Positions 32,952 through 51,341 of a stretch of DNA of 64,000 nucleotides are shown piece after piece. The notes below the pieces were generated by a model that was given only the letters and a program-made list of their open reading frames with translations, ran no database searches and had not been told where the DNA came from. The stretch is from assembly GCF_009914755.1 (NCBI RefSeq), contig NC_060930.1, one strand, 5' to 3'. The DNA comes from the human T2T-CHM13v2.0 reference genome, Homo sapiens. The position numbers and the translations under genes are program-made. Within the stretch, counting starts at the first letter, position 1. Every line of letters begins with the position of its first letter.

Positions 32952-33769
32952 GCTCTCACTGATGACCGTTGCCTGAATCAATTATTACGTTGTAGGCAAT
33001 GCGAGTGCTTTTAATTTTCCATTTGAGTGACTGAATAGGTCAGTTAAAAAAGAGTAGAGACAGTGCTTAAAGGGAAGAAGAATATCTAAAAGTTGACAGA
33101 AATCACCATGGGCTTGGAGATTGTGTTCCTACACCATGTGTAAAAATGATCTCATTTTATATGTTATATATATGTTTCTTGGCTGGATTTCATAAGACAA
33201 GTATTTATTCATTTCAACTCTTATTTAATAGTGGCTGTATGTGCCAGAAATTACACTAGAAATATATAGATAAGACATGCAGTTCCTACTCACAAAGAGC
33301 TTCCTAATAAAGAATTAAGGGTACTAAGATGTTATAAACACTTGATAGAATAAATATAGGATAACAGAGTGGGGCTGGTAGAGGAGGAAAAGGGTGGCTC
33401 TAAGATGTGAATAATCAGTTCTACCTGAGTCAGAAAGCTGGGTCAGGAATGGGTTCATGGAGGCAATATTTGGGCTGAGTCTGGAAGCAGGTTAGCTACT
33501 CACTCAATGGACGAGAGAGAAGGGTGCTGAGTGAATAAAGATATGGACGTCTGCCATTGCCTCTGAATTGACTTCATCCTTATGTCATCATGGTCCCCTA
33601 GACCTAAAGTGGTCATTCTTATAATGATTCCTAAATCATTGCTTTCCTTTGTGTGGGATCCTCCAATCAACAGATGTGAGCTTTGTTTGGGTTATTTATC
33701 CCTGCTCTCTAAGTGGTAATTTGGCTCTAGGTCTGGATGTTATGGTAAAGTAAGCTACAATGAATTAAG

Positions 33770-34135
33770 ATTTTGGCTGTGAGTGACAGAAAACCCAAAC
33801 ATCAGTAGCTCAAACAAGTTGATTCTCTCTGCCTCTCTGTGTGTCTCTCTCTCTCTTCTCTCAAGTATGGAAGTAAACTGCCTAGGGATAACATAGTACT
33901 TCACATCTCAGGCTTCTCAATCTTGTTTCTCCAGCTGAAAGTCTGAGATGACTGCTCCAGTTTAAGCCATCATGTCCTCTTTTCAGCCAGCAGGAAGGAG
34001 GAAGGGCACAGAAAAGGGCATATTTTTAAGGACACTTCTTGAAAGTTACGCGTATTATTTCTATTTACATTTCATTGGCCATAACTAAAAGGCATGGCCA
34101 CATCTAGCTGCAAAGAAGGTTGAGAAATGTAGCTA
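33770..34135 (-). mobile_element. Old MLT1 (MaLR) LTR
   Basis: gtgacagaaaacccaa...; cattggcca...catggccacatctagctgcaa motifs. Confidence 0.6.
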
Positions 34136-34476
34136 AAATACAGAGTTATTTTGCTACAGAAGGGAAGAGGTTTAGAGAACATCCATGAGACTTGGCTATG
34201 TCTGTTCACAGGTGGCTAAGAGGGTCACTGAGGAGCAGTTAGTGGGGAACAAAAAGGAGGCTCTCCAGGCATTGGGGATGGCATGGGTTAATCTTTAGAA
34301 AGATGAAAACAGGCCATATTCTTAGGAAAAGATAAGGGGAAATTGAGAATAAAGACAGGCAGATTAAATACTTTTCAAAACCTCAAGAAAATTGTTTTTA
34401 TTTATTTGGCCTTCTCTGAAGGTGGTAGACCCAAAGTGAAGAAAGCATAAGTTTTGAACCTATTATTCGCAAAATT

Positions 34477-34809
<333 letters not shown>

Positions 34810-35580
34810 TTACTGACTTTATTGGAACTTTGTTGGAATATATTACCAATACTTCATTCATTCATTTTTTTATTCAATAAACACATATCATGTGCCAGGC
34901 ACCAAACTGGATCAGGGGATGCAATAGTGAACACAGCAGAACAGTGGTCCCAGCCCACACAGTACTTATGTGAGACAAATTCGAATCAAATATTCACATG
35001 GATAAATCTAAGCCTGCAATTGCAGTAAGTGCTACAAGAAAGGAAATAAAGTATAATATTAAAATGGTATTGCCCTAGTCAGGGAGATCAGAGAAATGTC
35101 CCCAGGAGAGGTGATGCTTGGGCTGAGGTCAGACTGAGAAGTAGAGTGAACTAAGTGAAGGGGTGGGTGGCTAGTGGTAAGAGAGTTTAAATGTTCCTGA
35201 CAGTGGAGGGAGAACTGAGCAACAGCTCCCATAACAATGTAACAACATGAAGCCTGGGACAAAGTGCAAAACACTACCAATAGTTTGCCACTTTTCATGT
35301 AAGCAAGGGGGGAAATAATATACATTTCTGTTCATTTCTGCAAAACCCACAAAACCAGAAGAATAATGAGATTGGTCACTTACAATGAGTAAGCAAGAAT
35401 GGATGGAAAGAATGGGGCAGATGGAAACAGAGTAGAAGGCATATAGGAGAGTGACATGTCTCTGAGTATAACTTTTGTATAGTTCTGACTTTCAGTACTA
35501 TGTTAGTGGCATGTATTTCCAAAGGAAATAACTTAAATTAGCCAAGATGTGGGCAAAGACAGACCCAAAATGAAATATCA

Positions 35581-36468
<888 letters not shown>

Positions 36469-36479
36469 TATAGATAGAT

Positions 36480-36511
36480 ACACACACACACACACATACA
36501 CACACACACAC
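36480..36511. repeat. (CA)n microsatellite
   Basis: Read directly from sequence. Confidence 0.9.
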
Positions 36512-38615
<2,104 letters not shown>

Positions 38616-39924
38616 TGCAAAAGACTTGTAATGAACTGTTCTGTCATTCAAATACAGCAAACTTGTCAAAAAGCAAACAAACAGCCCTGAGAAGTAGGTA
38701 GGGCTACATGTGGGCACTTGGTAGCCATGTTAAAGGATTTAGGCCTTGTATCTTATGAGCAATGAGAAACAACTGAAGAAGAGGTCAGGGCATGGGGTCA
38801 GTATATCTGTGAGGTTTCCAACAGGAAAGAGATGGCATGCTTAAAATAGATAATTTGAGGAAGATTTGTTTACATAGAGATTGGGTAAATTATGCTCCTG
38901 ACTATGTAAATGATACTCCTGACTTCTAAATCCTGACATTATTATCAAAAATAGGAAGTTTTCTAAGCTTACAGTTGTAGTAACAGTGACATTTTCATTT
39001 GAGAACACTCAGGCATAATTTGAGGAATGGATGCTGACAATTCTAGTGCCTCCTGAAAGATGTAAAATAAAAGAAAGATTTTTGTTGTCATGTTTTACTA
39101 TGAGGAAATATGTAGAACATGCACATGTTTTATTGATTTTATTCATTACTGTTGCTAGTTTCTGGAATCTTGCCAGAAGTCTCCTCTAGGTTCTACAGGT
39201 GTTTTGTGCGTGTACTGGGTGCTGGCTTCTATGGTTCCTTATGGATGTTTTCGAAAAAGCTACACCACTTGACTTCTCTCTTGTGACTCTTCCTACCATC
39301 ATTTATTACTACTTCCATGTGCTGAAAGTTTTGCTCTCCTAGTGCTCATAGCTCTGGGAGTCAACCTTAAATGGTCTAGGAGTTTTTATAATTAGTAGCC
39401 CCACTGAGCAATCTGACTGCCTTCATGAGGACTATGTGAGTCATCTACTTTTATAAGTAGGGTATGCATATTCATTCAGGTCATCTCTCAGCTTCCCATC
39501 ACTGTTCCTCCAACCCTAAACCAAAATCCCAAGCAAATTCACCTTCCTGCTCTCTCCAGCCTTGTTCCTTTTCTTCCTAAGACAGATCTACGGTCTCTTT
39601 TGCTGGACTATCAGCCCTAAAGTTTCCGCCATTATTTATTGCAGGGACTCTTATGCCCCCAGTGTTCCTAAGGGAAGTTTTGCATATTAAAGTTTCTACT
39701 ATAACTGTAATTGATACTTTCCTGGTTTTCAAAAATAGGTGGTTCTCAAAATTAGGACTTTTCAGCTGGGTAATCCTCACTTTACAAATACACATTTAAG
39801 AAATTGTAATGTCTTTTAAAAGTCTATTTCTTCTGGAATATGATTGAAGTTGGCCTGCAAGATCAAATTAGATTATACATAGAGGCAAGATATATTTTTA
39901 TCTATTAATTCCAAAGGAATTAAT

Positions 39925-40010
39925 AGAGGTTACAGTGAGCCGAGATCGTGCCATTGCACTCCAGCCTGTGTGACAGAGTGAGTTTCTGTCTCAAACAACA
40001 ACAACAACAA
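39925..40010 (+). mobile_element. 5'-truncated Alu 3' end with (AAC)n tail
   Basis: gaggttacagtgagccgagatcgtgccattgcactccagcctg. Confidence 0.85.
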
Positions 40011-40939
40011 TTTAGTTATGGAAACTTCCTTTTTCAGCTAACATTTTTATAATGAAAAGGACTAACATGAAATATATTTTTATGCCTCTTGAAGTACGTG
40101 AGTCTCTGGCTTTTTCTGAAAATCTGGATGCTGCATAAGGACACACACAGAATGTGTTGGCCAAATGTGACAACACAGATGGACGCTGTGTGGCCCATGT
40201 AGAGGTCAGCTTTTATTTCTGCCTTTTCCACTTTTCAGTTCATAGGTTTTCTATATTCCTTTGTCAATGTCTGTTGGTTTAGGTTCCTTGGGCAAACACT
40301 TCCCAACTATCTTAGCTTTTTTTCTTTTTTTCAGTGGCATTTTAGGGGAAGAAAGTGAAATTTCAAGAATTAGAAGAAAAATTTTTAACTTCAGTTGCCA
40401 GTGACTAATTAGGGGACTAAAAATTAGGAGTTTCCACTGGACTTCATCTAAAAGTTTGATTCTTAGTCTGTTTTCTAGTGGTTTTCTTAGTAAATTAAGC
40501 CTCCTCACTCTATCTATTAGAAGAAGTATTGGTATTAATCTAAGAAATATGTAATGGAATTGCTTCAAAAGCAGTCCCCAAAACAAAACTCATTTATTGT
40601 AGAAAGAGATGCCTAACTTTCACAGTTATTAAATATATACATTGTTAAGTACTAGAAATTCAAGATGATTCAGTAATAATTGCTTCAAGATGATTCAATA
40701 ATAACTGCATATCACTTATATTTGGGAAGATAAAACATGGTTTTTTTTCCTTTAAATTTTACTTTGTTGGAAAGCAAATGAGTTGTTAAATATATGCTGG
40801 ATTTGGATTCAAATATTAAATTCAAGAATTTCAGGTTATTTTGACATACTTCTGTATACAGTTCTTTAAATGTTTTATGGTGCTTTTTTTTTAAGTAGAA
40901 AGGATTTTTTAAACACTCAGTTAAAAAATTTAGTTATAG

Positions 40940-41140
40940 CACATGGACACAGGGAGGGGAACATCACACACTGGGGCCTTTCAGGGGGCTAGGGGCTAGG
41001 GGAGGGATAGCATTATGAGAAATACCTAATGTAGGTGACAGGTTGATGGGTGCAGCAAACCACCATGGCATGTGTATACTTAGGTAACAAAACTGCATGT
41101 TCTGCACATGTACCCCAGAACTTAAAGTATAAAAAAAAAA
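40940..41140 (+). mobile_element. 5'-truncated L1PA 3' end (L1PA7/8-like)
   Basis: G-rich L1 3'UTR, gaacttaaagtataaaaa end; degenerate TSD aaaaaat(t/g)agttat. Confidence 0.9.
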
Positions 41141-41148
41141 TGAGTTAT

Positions 41149-41720
<572 letters not shown>

Positions 41721-41784
41721 CTAGTTATACAACAAAGGTTGAGGAACTTACACTCCTAGATCACGCAATATCTTGACAAAACTT

Positions 41785-41790
41785 TTTATT
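41785..41790 (-). terminator. COQ3 distal poly(A) signal AATAAA
   Basis: Second tttatt on + strand, 73 nt downstream of the first. Confidence 0.6.
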
Positions 41791-41857
41791 CACAGAATCC
41801 CTTGAAAGTAGCTATTAGACGAAATAACAAAAACTTTTGTCCAAGGTTTTAGCCCTT

Positions 41858-41863
41858 TTTATT
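41858..41863 (-). terminator. COQ3 proximal poly(A) signal AATAAA
   Basis: tttatt on + strand, about 105 nt after the stop, followed on - strand by U/GU-rich sequence (gtttttgttatttcgt). Confidence 0.7.
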
Positions 41864-41968
41864 GACCTTCTTTTCTTCATGATTCTCTCTCAAAGGATAA
41901 ATTGTACATTTCTTGTATTTGAAAACATCAGATATCCAAGCCATATTACTATAGTTCTCAGAAACAAT

Positions 41969-42189
41969 TCATTTCTTCAGCTTTTCATGCACAGCTGGAT
42001 TGGTGCAGGCATTAGCTTGGAGCTCTTCTGTTTCTCCCTTTAAAACAAACTCAGCAGAGGCTGGGTGTTCCTGGACCCTGGATTTCACAGCATGAGCTGC
42101 ATAGTTAAGGCTGGTATTTTCACTCCAATGCCAGTAACCTGAGAAGGGGTTATAGAGCATTCCTACCACTGTTTGAACTGACAGACCAT
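41969..42189 (-). CDS. COQ3: COQ3 last coding exon 7 (NGLSVQTVVGMLYNPFSG...AVHEKLKK*), 221 nt to the TGA
   Basis: Poly-T acceptor ttttcAG|AT; TGA at 41971-41969. Phases of exons 2-7 are all consistent. Confidence 0.96.
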
Positions 42190-42683
42190 CTGAAAAAAAA
42201 AAAAATCAGAAAGAGTAGATTTAATAAATATTTTCCTTCCAATTTCCAAGAGTTTCATGCAACTTTCTATATTAAAAATGCTGAGAGCACACTAAATGGA
42301 TAGGAAAAGAAGAAAAAAAAAGGATTCCTAACTTAATGGGCAAGCGTATTTTGTAACTATGCACTAATCACAATTTACTGCAGAACTTCAGTAAGTCGCA
42401 ATTAGGACACATACTCCAACGCAGTCTGCCTGGATTCAAATCCCAGCTCGGGTACCTATTACATGGTGACCATGGGCAAGCCACTTAACTTTATAAATCT
42501 CAGTTTTCTTACAGGTACAGAACTTGTATCATAGAACTGTTAGAATTAGATGAGCTATATGTGTAAACTAGCACAATGCTTGGAGTTTGGTAAGTACTCA
42601 ATAAATGTTAGCTGTTATTAAAAAATATGTGCCAACAGGAGATTGTCCCCATAACACATCTTTAAAACATTTTTTTCCTACTT

Positions 42684-43014
42684 TATTTTCTTTCTTTCTT
42701 TTCTTTTCTTTACTTTTTTTTTTTTTTTTTTGTGAGACAGAGTTTCACTCTGTTGCCCAGGCTGGAGTGCAGTGGCACAATCTTGACTCACTGCAACCTC
42801 CATCTCCTGATTTCAAGTGATTCTCCTGCCTCAGACTCTCGAGGAGCTGGGATTACAGGCATGCACCACCACACCCGGCTAATTTTTGTATTTTTAGTAG
42901 AGACAGGGTTTCACCACATTGGCCAGGCTGGTCTCGAACTCCTGACCTCAAATAATCTGCCTGCCTCGGCCTCCCAAAATGCTGGGATTAGAGGCATGAG
43001 CCACTGCGTGCAGC
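42684..43014 (-). mobile_element. AluS
   Basis: TSD tactttattttc on both sides. Confidence 0.9.
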
Positions 43015-43794
43015 CTTACTTTATTTTCAACAAAGTTACTCATAGAAATCTTTAGAATTTACTACATGGCTATGTACTAATAATATTCCAAGTAAAATCA
43101 AGTTTACTGATAGACTTATATGAAAAAAAAAGCATTAGAAATATAGGAGTCTAAGTACTCAACAGGAATACCGAATGCCAAATAAATGAACTGACAAGCA
43201 CTATTACTTGACCAGAATTCATCACATAAATCGAGAGCTCACTCTGTGTAAAGCAGAGCTAGGCATTGTAGAGAGTACAAAAAGGAGACATAGTCTTGCC
43301 TTCAAGTAGCTTACAGGCCATAAAAGGATGAAAAAAACCACCAAAATAACCATAAAGTCATGCTGTAAGTAATATAAAATACATAAAAAGTGATACTGAA
43401 GTTCAAAATATATGTAACTGTGGTGGAATCAGGAAAAATAATATGTAAGATAAGCTGATACAAGCAGGGCTCAAGAAGGCAGACTGAGAATGTGTAAATA
43501 ACAGACATTTGTATCTCTTTCCTAAACAAGTGAGGACTAAATAGCCAAAAAGTATTCATTGATCATCTGTTATCTGCTTGGCCCTGGGTTAGGGGGCAAC
43601 AGGTAAAAGAGAAGTGGTATCTACTACTTAATCCTAGCTTCCATGAGTTTATGACCTAGTTGAGAAGATAAAACCAACATTCAAAAACATAGTGGCCTAT
43701 TTTATTAAGTGCTAGGCTAAGTGCGTAATAATTACTGGCATATTAAAAGTTCAGCTAGGCCTGGAAAATTGGAAAAAATTCTCTTAATACTTAC

Positions 43795-43954
43795 TTGATT
43801 CCAGAATGCTCTCTAGTGTTTCAGGTGAAACAAACTTCTCCCATGTATGAGTACCTTTTGGTACAATACCTGCAATTTGCTCTGAAAAAACAATTCCCAA
43901 GGCATAGGAAAGTTGTGTTTTGTTGATTGTAGTAATGAATAAAGAACCACCGGG
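43795..43954 (-). CDS. COQ3: COQ3 coding exon 6 (PGGSLFITTINKTQLSYALGIVFSEQIAGIVPKGTHTWEKFVSPETLESILES), 160 nt
   Basis: Acceptor ttcttttAG|CCC; donor A|GTAAGT. Motif III (LK|PGG.L) and the UbiG PKGTH.W.KF motif. Confidence 0.96.
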
Positions 43955-44487
43955 CTAAAAGAAATGAAATTATATAGAAGTAAAATGTAAAAGACTAAGT
44001 GTATCACTTAAGTAAAAGCTGTTTCCCCCTCCCTCCTCCTTTCTTCCAAATAATCTGAGTGCCATTAAAATATATATGTACGCATAAAATATAATTCACC
44101 AAAATAGCATTTTTTTTCTCTTGGGAAATTCACTATAAAAGGCATTTTAGATGTACTCAGTGAGTATATACAACAGTGCTTACAACTCTTAAGATCATAT
44201 ATAATTATGATTTATATTTATATATTCTTTTGTACATATCAAACACTTTACAATAAAAATGAGATCAGGCTGCTCTTCCTTGTTACATGTCCACATTCAC
44301 ATTCTAACATATGTCAAAATGGTTTTCATTGTAAGTGCTGAGCCTGTCTTAACTCGTTTGTTACAGCACAGAGCTATACATCTTGTGCAGGGAAGTACTA
44401 CCAATAAGTGTTTTCTCACTAAAACATTAATGATTAGGTTTGAACATTTTTTGTTTTTATTTCATTTTTATAAAAAATATAAAGAGT

Positions 44488-44716
44488 GGCCGGCCGTGGT
44501 GACTTACAAACTGTATTCCCAGCACTTTGAGAGGCTAAGGCGGGCAGATCACTTGAGATCAGGAGTTTGAGACCAGACTGGCCAACATGGCGAAACCCCC
44601 GTCTCTACTAAAAATATAAAAATCAGCTGGGCATCGTGGTGAGTGCCTGTATTCCCAGCTACTCAGGAGGCTGAGGCAGGAGAATCACTTGAACACAGGA
44701 GGTGGAGGTTGCAGTG
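44488..44716 (+). mobile_element. 3'-truncated AluS
   Basis: Stops at ggttgcagtga; no A-tail. Confidence 0.85.
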
Positions 44717-44758
44717 ATATATATTTATATAAAGAGAACAACATGAGCACCAGGATGA

Positions 44759-45151
<393 letters not shown>

Positions 45152-45519
45152 TAATGTCCCCTCTCTCTTTTAAACATTCTCATTAGCCTGATGAGGGAAA
45201 AATGCCAAAGATTCCCTCCAAAATAATCATATTACTATAGACATACAGAAAGAAAGCGAGAAAGAAAGGGGAGTTAGGAGAAAGAGATAATATATCTTAG
45301 ATACCACTCTATGCCAAAAATAAAAAAGACAAGAGAGGGCCCTGAAATATTGGAGTATGCCTTTAAATTAAAAACAAAAATATCATACACTATATTATCA
45401 CACATTTTAACTTTCCTCTGTAAAGCTCTAGTATTCTAAAATATCTTTTTTTCCCTTTAATGGCATGATCATAGCTCATTGCAACTTCAAACTCTAAAAT
45501 ATCTTAAGAATCACTTCTA

Positions 45520-45815
<296 letters not shown>

Positions 45816-46076
45816 TCACTTATGAATATCTAATCTGTGTTCTACATACTCGTACTTTAAGGAAATGGTGGTAAGCAATAGTCATTTTTAAAACATAGGC
45901 TTTCCATTAAAGCAAAAATTAGTTTTAAACCCTACAATGCCAGCATCCCTCATATGTGTCAAAGAACCTCCCTTCATACACACTGACATATAAAATAAGA
46001 ATTAACAATCAATTAAGAAGTTTTATTTGGAAAATAAGAGATAAGCCTAGTAAAACTCTACTTAAGAGGAAACAAG

Positions 46077-46418
<342 letters not shown>

Positions 46419-46603
46419 CTAAGGAGAAATGACAACTAAATACATGTACAAGTCTGGTTTGGATCCTGTAACAGCAAACTGACATTAGCAAAAAAAAAAA
46501 AAAAAAAAAATTAATAAAATTTAACGAGCTCTGTAGTGCAGTTAATAAGTATAATGCTGATGTTAATTTCTTAGTTTTGAGAACTGTACCATGGTTTATA
46601 TAT

Positions 46604-46765
46604 AGGGCTAGAACTATAATGAGGCAAGTGAGTCTTCTAGGGCACAGAATTGAAATAGGCAACCCCTTTCAGGGTATGCAAGTGCAGGGTCAGCACCTGA
46701 GAGGGGCTGTCACCTGCAATTCTGTGCCCTAGGTGTCTCACTTGACTCATCCTAGTTCCTACCCT
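46604..46765. mobile_element. MITE with long terminal inverted repeats (MER96-like hAT)
   Basis: About 50-bp imperfect TIRs, including the exact pair ctagggcacagaattg / caattctgtgccctag. Confidence 0.7.
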
Positions 46766-47328
46766 TATGATGTGAGATGTTAACCTAAGGGGAAGACAGG
46801 TGAAAGGCACACTGTACTTACTATCTTTGCAATTTTGCTATAAATTTAAAATTACTTAAAATTTCAATAAGAGCTATGCATTTCATTCTTTTAGCTTTTG
46901 ACCTTAGGATGTCACCTCCTAAATATGTGAACGACAGAGTCAGTATAGTAATAATAATAATACTTTAGGGGTATTTATTAAAAGAAAACTTACAGCCACA
47001 TTCAGAGAACAAAGTCTGTTGTAAATTATACTATATAAGCATAGTAAGTAATGGAGAGAACCAAACTTGGAGTCAAATGGTCTGGCCTTAAGCCCCACTT
47101 AAATGCCTAGAGACCTCTGACATCTGATAAATCCTGAGTCCTCGTAGGTGAAAGGATGTGATAACAATACCTGCCTTTCCTTCCTCATCTAGTTGTAGGT
47201 AAGATCAAGTGAGATCACATTTATGAAATATTCTTTTATAAGCTGAAAACTATTACGCATTTACCATGTACAGAATTACTTGTTATTTAATTAAACTTAT
47301 GCTAATAATTATTTTTATTGATGTTTAA

Positions 47329-47650
<322 letters not shown>

Positions 47651-47747
47651 TAATTGTCATTCAATATCTGTTAAGTATTTAATCCCGACTGCACCAGTGG
47701 AAAAATACTGCTATAAGTGTATGGTTTTCCCGTGTTCAGCACCAATA

Positions 47748-48091
<344 letters not shown>

Positions 48092-48306
48092 TAATAGGAC
48101 ACAGGAAGACCCTGGTATTGAGGGCAAGCTGAGGAGTAGAAGAAATCTACAGCAGAGATGCTGTCCCCTCATCCAGGCTTCCTGGTTTCTTCTCTACTAT
48201 ACCTTGCCTGCTGGACTGCTAATGCATTATGGACCATTTTATTGCTATAGATACAAATACACACACTCAGAAGAAGAAACCAAGATGTAAACTCCATAAG
48301 CCTTAC

Positions 48307-48549
48307 TTTTAACACTTGACAGCAGCACTGTAAAAATGTTTCTAGATCAATCACATGTTCTACAACTTCAGAAGCTACAACAGCATCAAATGTTTCTGCA
48401 GTCTCTTCCACAATCTCTTCCAGGGAACACACTCTGTACTCTATTCTCTTATCCAGGACTGGATCAAATGATTTATGGCATTGTGCTGTTTTAATGTTCT
48501 CATCCACAGGGTCGATTCCAATAACTGAAGCCCCAAGCCGCCCTAGAGG
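48307..48549 (-). CDS. COQ3: COQ3 coding exon 5 (PLGRLGASVIGIDPVDENI...FDAVVASEVVEHV...CQVLK), 243 nt
   Basis: Acceptor ccattAG|CCT; donor AAA|GTAAGG. Class I methyltransferase post-I and motif II (FDAVVASEVVEHV). Confidence 0.96.
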
Positions 48550-49045
48550 CTAATGGCATTAAAAAAACTGTTACCCTCAGGAAGAAAATAGAGCACATGT
48601 TAGCAATAAAAAGCTTATCAAAAATGAAACAAGATTAACCATGAGGTGATAAATACTGGACATCATTTATGGGTACATGGAAACTCATATACCATTTTCT
48701 CTAGTTTGTACACATTTGAAATTTTCCATAATCAAACCCTTAAAGTTAAGAAGAACAATGAAAACAACAAAAAACTGATAAAAAACTACTTGAAGACAGT
48801 GAAAAAAACTTTGTCTATGTACTCTAGATACACTTACTTGCACATAGTACAGTATTAACATATTTAAAGTGCAATAAATGTAACAAGCCATTGAAAAAAC
48901 AGCAATCATTTCTGAAATATTCAAATTTTCTAAAGAACAATCTTTTCTCAAAAGTTTTTTTCTCTGACTAGAAATGATTTTTCATAGCTAATTCTTCTCT
49001 CAGCTTTTTTATTTAGTCATTTCCCATGACATGCCCAAGTTTTTA

Positions 49046-49638
<593 letters not shown>

Positions 49639-49752
49639 CATGCATTTCTTTTTTTAATGAATAATATTATTTGTTGAAAGAATAAATGAGGCACAAGTCT
49701 ACTTCTTAATTTTTTTCTCCCAGTTAAAAATGGCAGGAAAGCTGTCACTTAC

Positions 49753-49852
49753 TTCAGTTAACAGCCCACCACCACAGCCAACGTCAAGAATCTTCATCCC
49801 CAACAAAGGTTTTCCTGGCTGGTGATTAGGAATTGTTTCCAGAAGATTGTCC
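49753..49852 (-). CDS. COQ3: COQ3 coding exon 4 (DNLLETIPNHQPGKPLLGMKILDVGCGGGLLTE), 100 nt
   Basis: Contains SAM-binding motif I (ILDVGCGGG). Acceptor ttttttaaaaaAG|G; donor GAA|GTAAGT. Confidence 0.95.
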
Positions 49853-50469
49853 CTTTTTTAAAAAATTCAAAACATACCAAAACAAATAATTAATTTTATC
49901 AACGAAAAGTCACAAAGTGTGTAGTTTTCAAGGAAATATTAACCTCCATTTAAATAAATTATTCATTTTTTTTATAAATAGATCTTTCAACATTGACATT
50001 TAATTTATAAAACATTTTCAATAATCAAAAGCAGGATGCTTAAAGGTCTGAAATAATCTAGTAGTAATTATGACTTAATTATTGTTTTAGTAATAATATA
50101 AAGAAAAAATTTCAAAATAATCTAGATTAACCTAATTTCAATTGCTTGAGATATCATGACACACGTTTTGGCTTTGCTGTCAATACTTGCTAGACCCATT
50201 TCATGTCAGCAGCAAATAGGTTATTTTATAGAGCTTAGAAAAAGCAGATGGGAGACCTATATTTTCAGAATTTGTCTATATTCCCTTCAAAATAAAATTT
50301 CTTTTAATCTTCTAAATGAGTGGTGTTTTCATGTATGAGCATGCAAACAGGCATCTAAATCAAGTAAACTTACTTCTAAGATAATCACGGTTAATACTTT
50401 ACCTATACAAACATATGTATACACACATATACACACAAGTATATATACACCTAACAGTATTGTAAACTA

Positions 50470-50472
<3 letters not shown>

Positions 50473-50507
<35 letters not shown>

Positions 50508-50526
50508 GAGAGAGAGAGAGAGAGAG
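50473..50526. repeat. Compound (AT)n-(AG)n microsatellite
   Basis: Read directly from sequence. Confidence 0.92.
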
Positions 50527-50883
50527 GACTATGTATAAATTTTAATTATACTTATATTAAAATAAATATTATTCATAATGAGGATATCTTAAGATATCTT
50601 CTATTGCCATTAAAGTTAATTGAATTCTAAGAATAACATGGATAGTGGTTAAGTAGATCATTTTGGAAAGTTATAACATACAGAAAAGACCCATTTCAAA
50701 TGAAGTCGATCCATTCTTTAAACCACAGCTAAAATGACTCCTTTACATCATAATTTAGATCATATCACTTTCCTTCGATGGGTTCTAATTATGCTCAAAA
50801 TAAAATCTAAACTTTAACCATAGCTTGCACTGCCCTGGGTTATTATGTGTGATCTCTAGTTAAAGGTGTCTCGTAGTTTGAAC

Positions 50884-51056
50884 AGAGTAATTCCCAAACT
50901 TAGTATACATCAGAATCACGTAAAGTTTGCTTAAAATGGAGTGCTGACCCCTCCCCAGAGCAGTAGGTCCCTGATGAGACGTGATAATTTGCATTTCTAA
51001 TGAGCTCCTAGGTGAACTAATATCACTGTCCAGGGCCTACACTTTGAGACCCAGTG
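50884..51056. mobile_element. MER5A-like element
   Basis: catcagaatcac...tttgcatttctaa...cactttgagacccagtg. Confidence 0.7.
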
Positions 51057-51341
51057 TTCTAGCTTACAAGAATGACATTTCTGTTTTTCTTTGCTTTGCT
51101 TTGTCAGTGGTATTAAAGGATGTCAGTATTTCTCTTTTTGGTATACTAATTCTGGATGAACCAGCAAAAACCAACCAGGAAGTTCCTTGAGGGCAAAGTC
51201 TGAGTCAGATATTCTGTGTCTGTTACAGTGCTTTGCCCAAAATTGTTTGATGAATACATAAATGGACAGAGGAACAAATGAACAATTTCTTTCTTTTTTT
51301 TTTTTTTACATTTTGCTTGTAGCTGCTCCCTTGCAGTTCCC

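Noticed and set aside
40251-40586. 111-aa minus-strand ORF downstream of COQ3
   Set aside because: TTG start, AT-rich, no splice or domain support.
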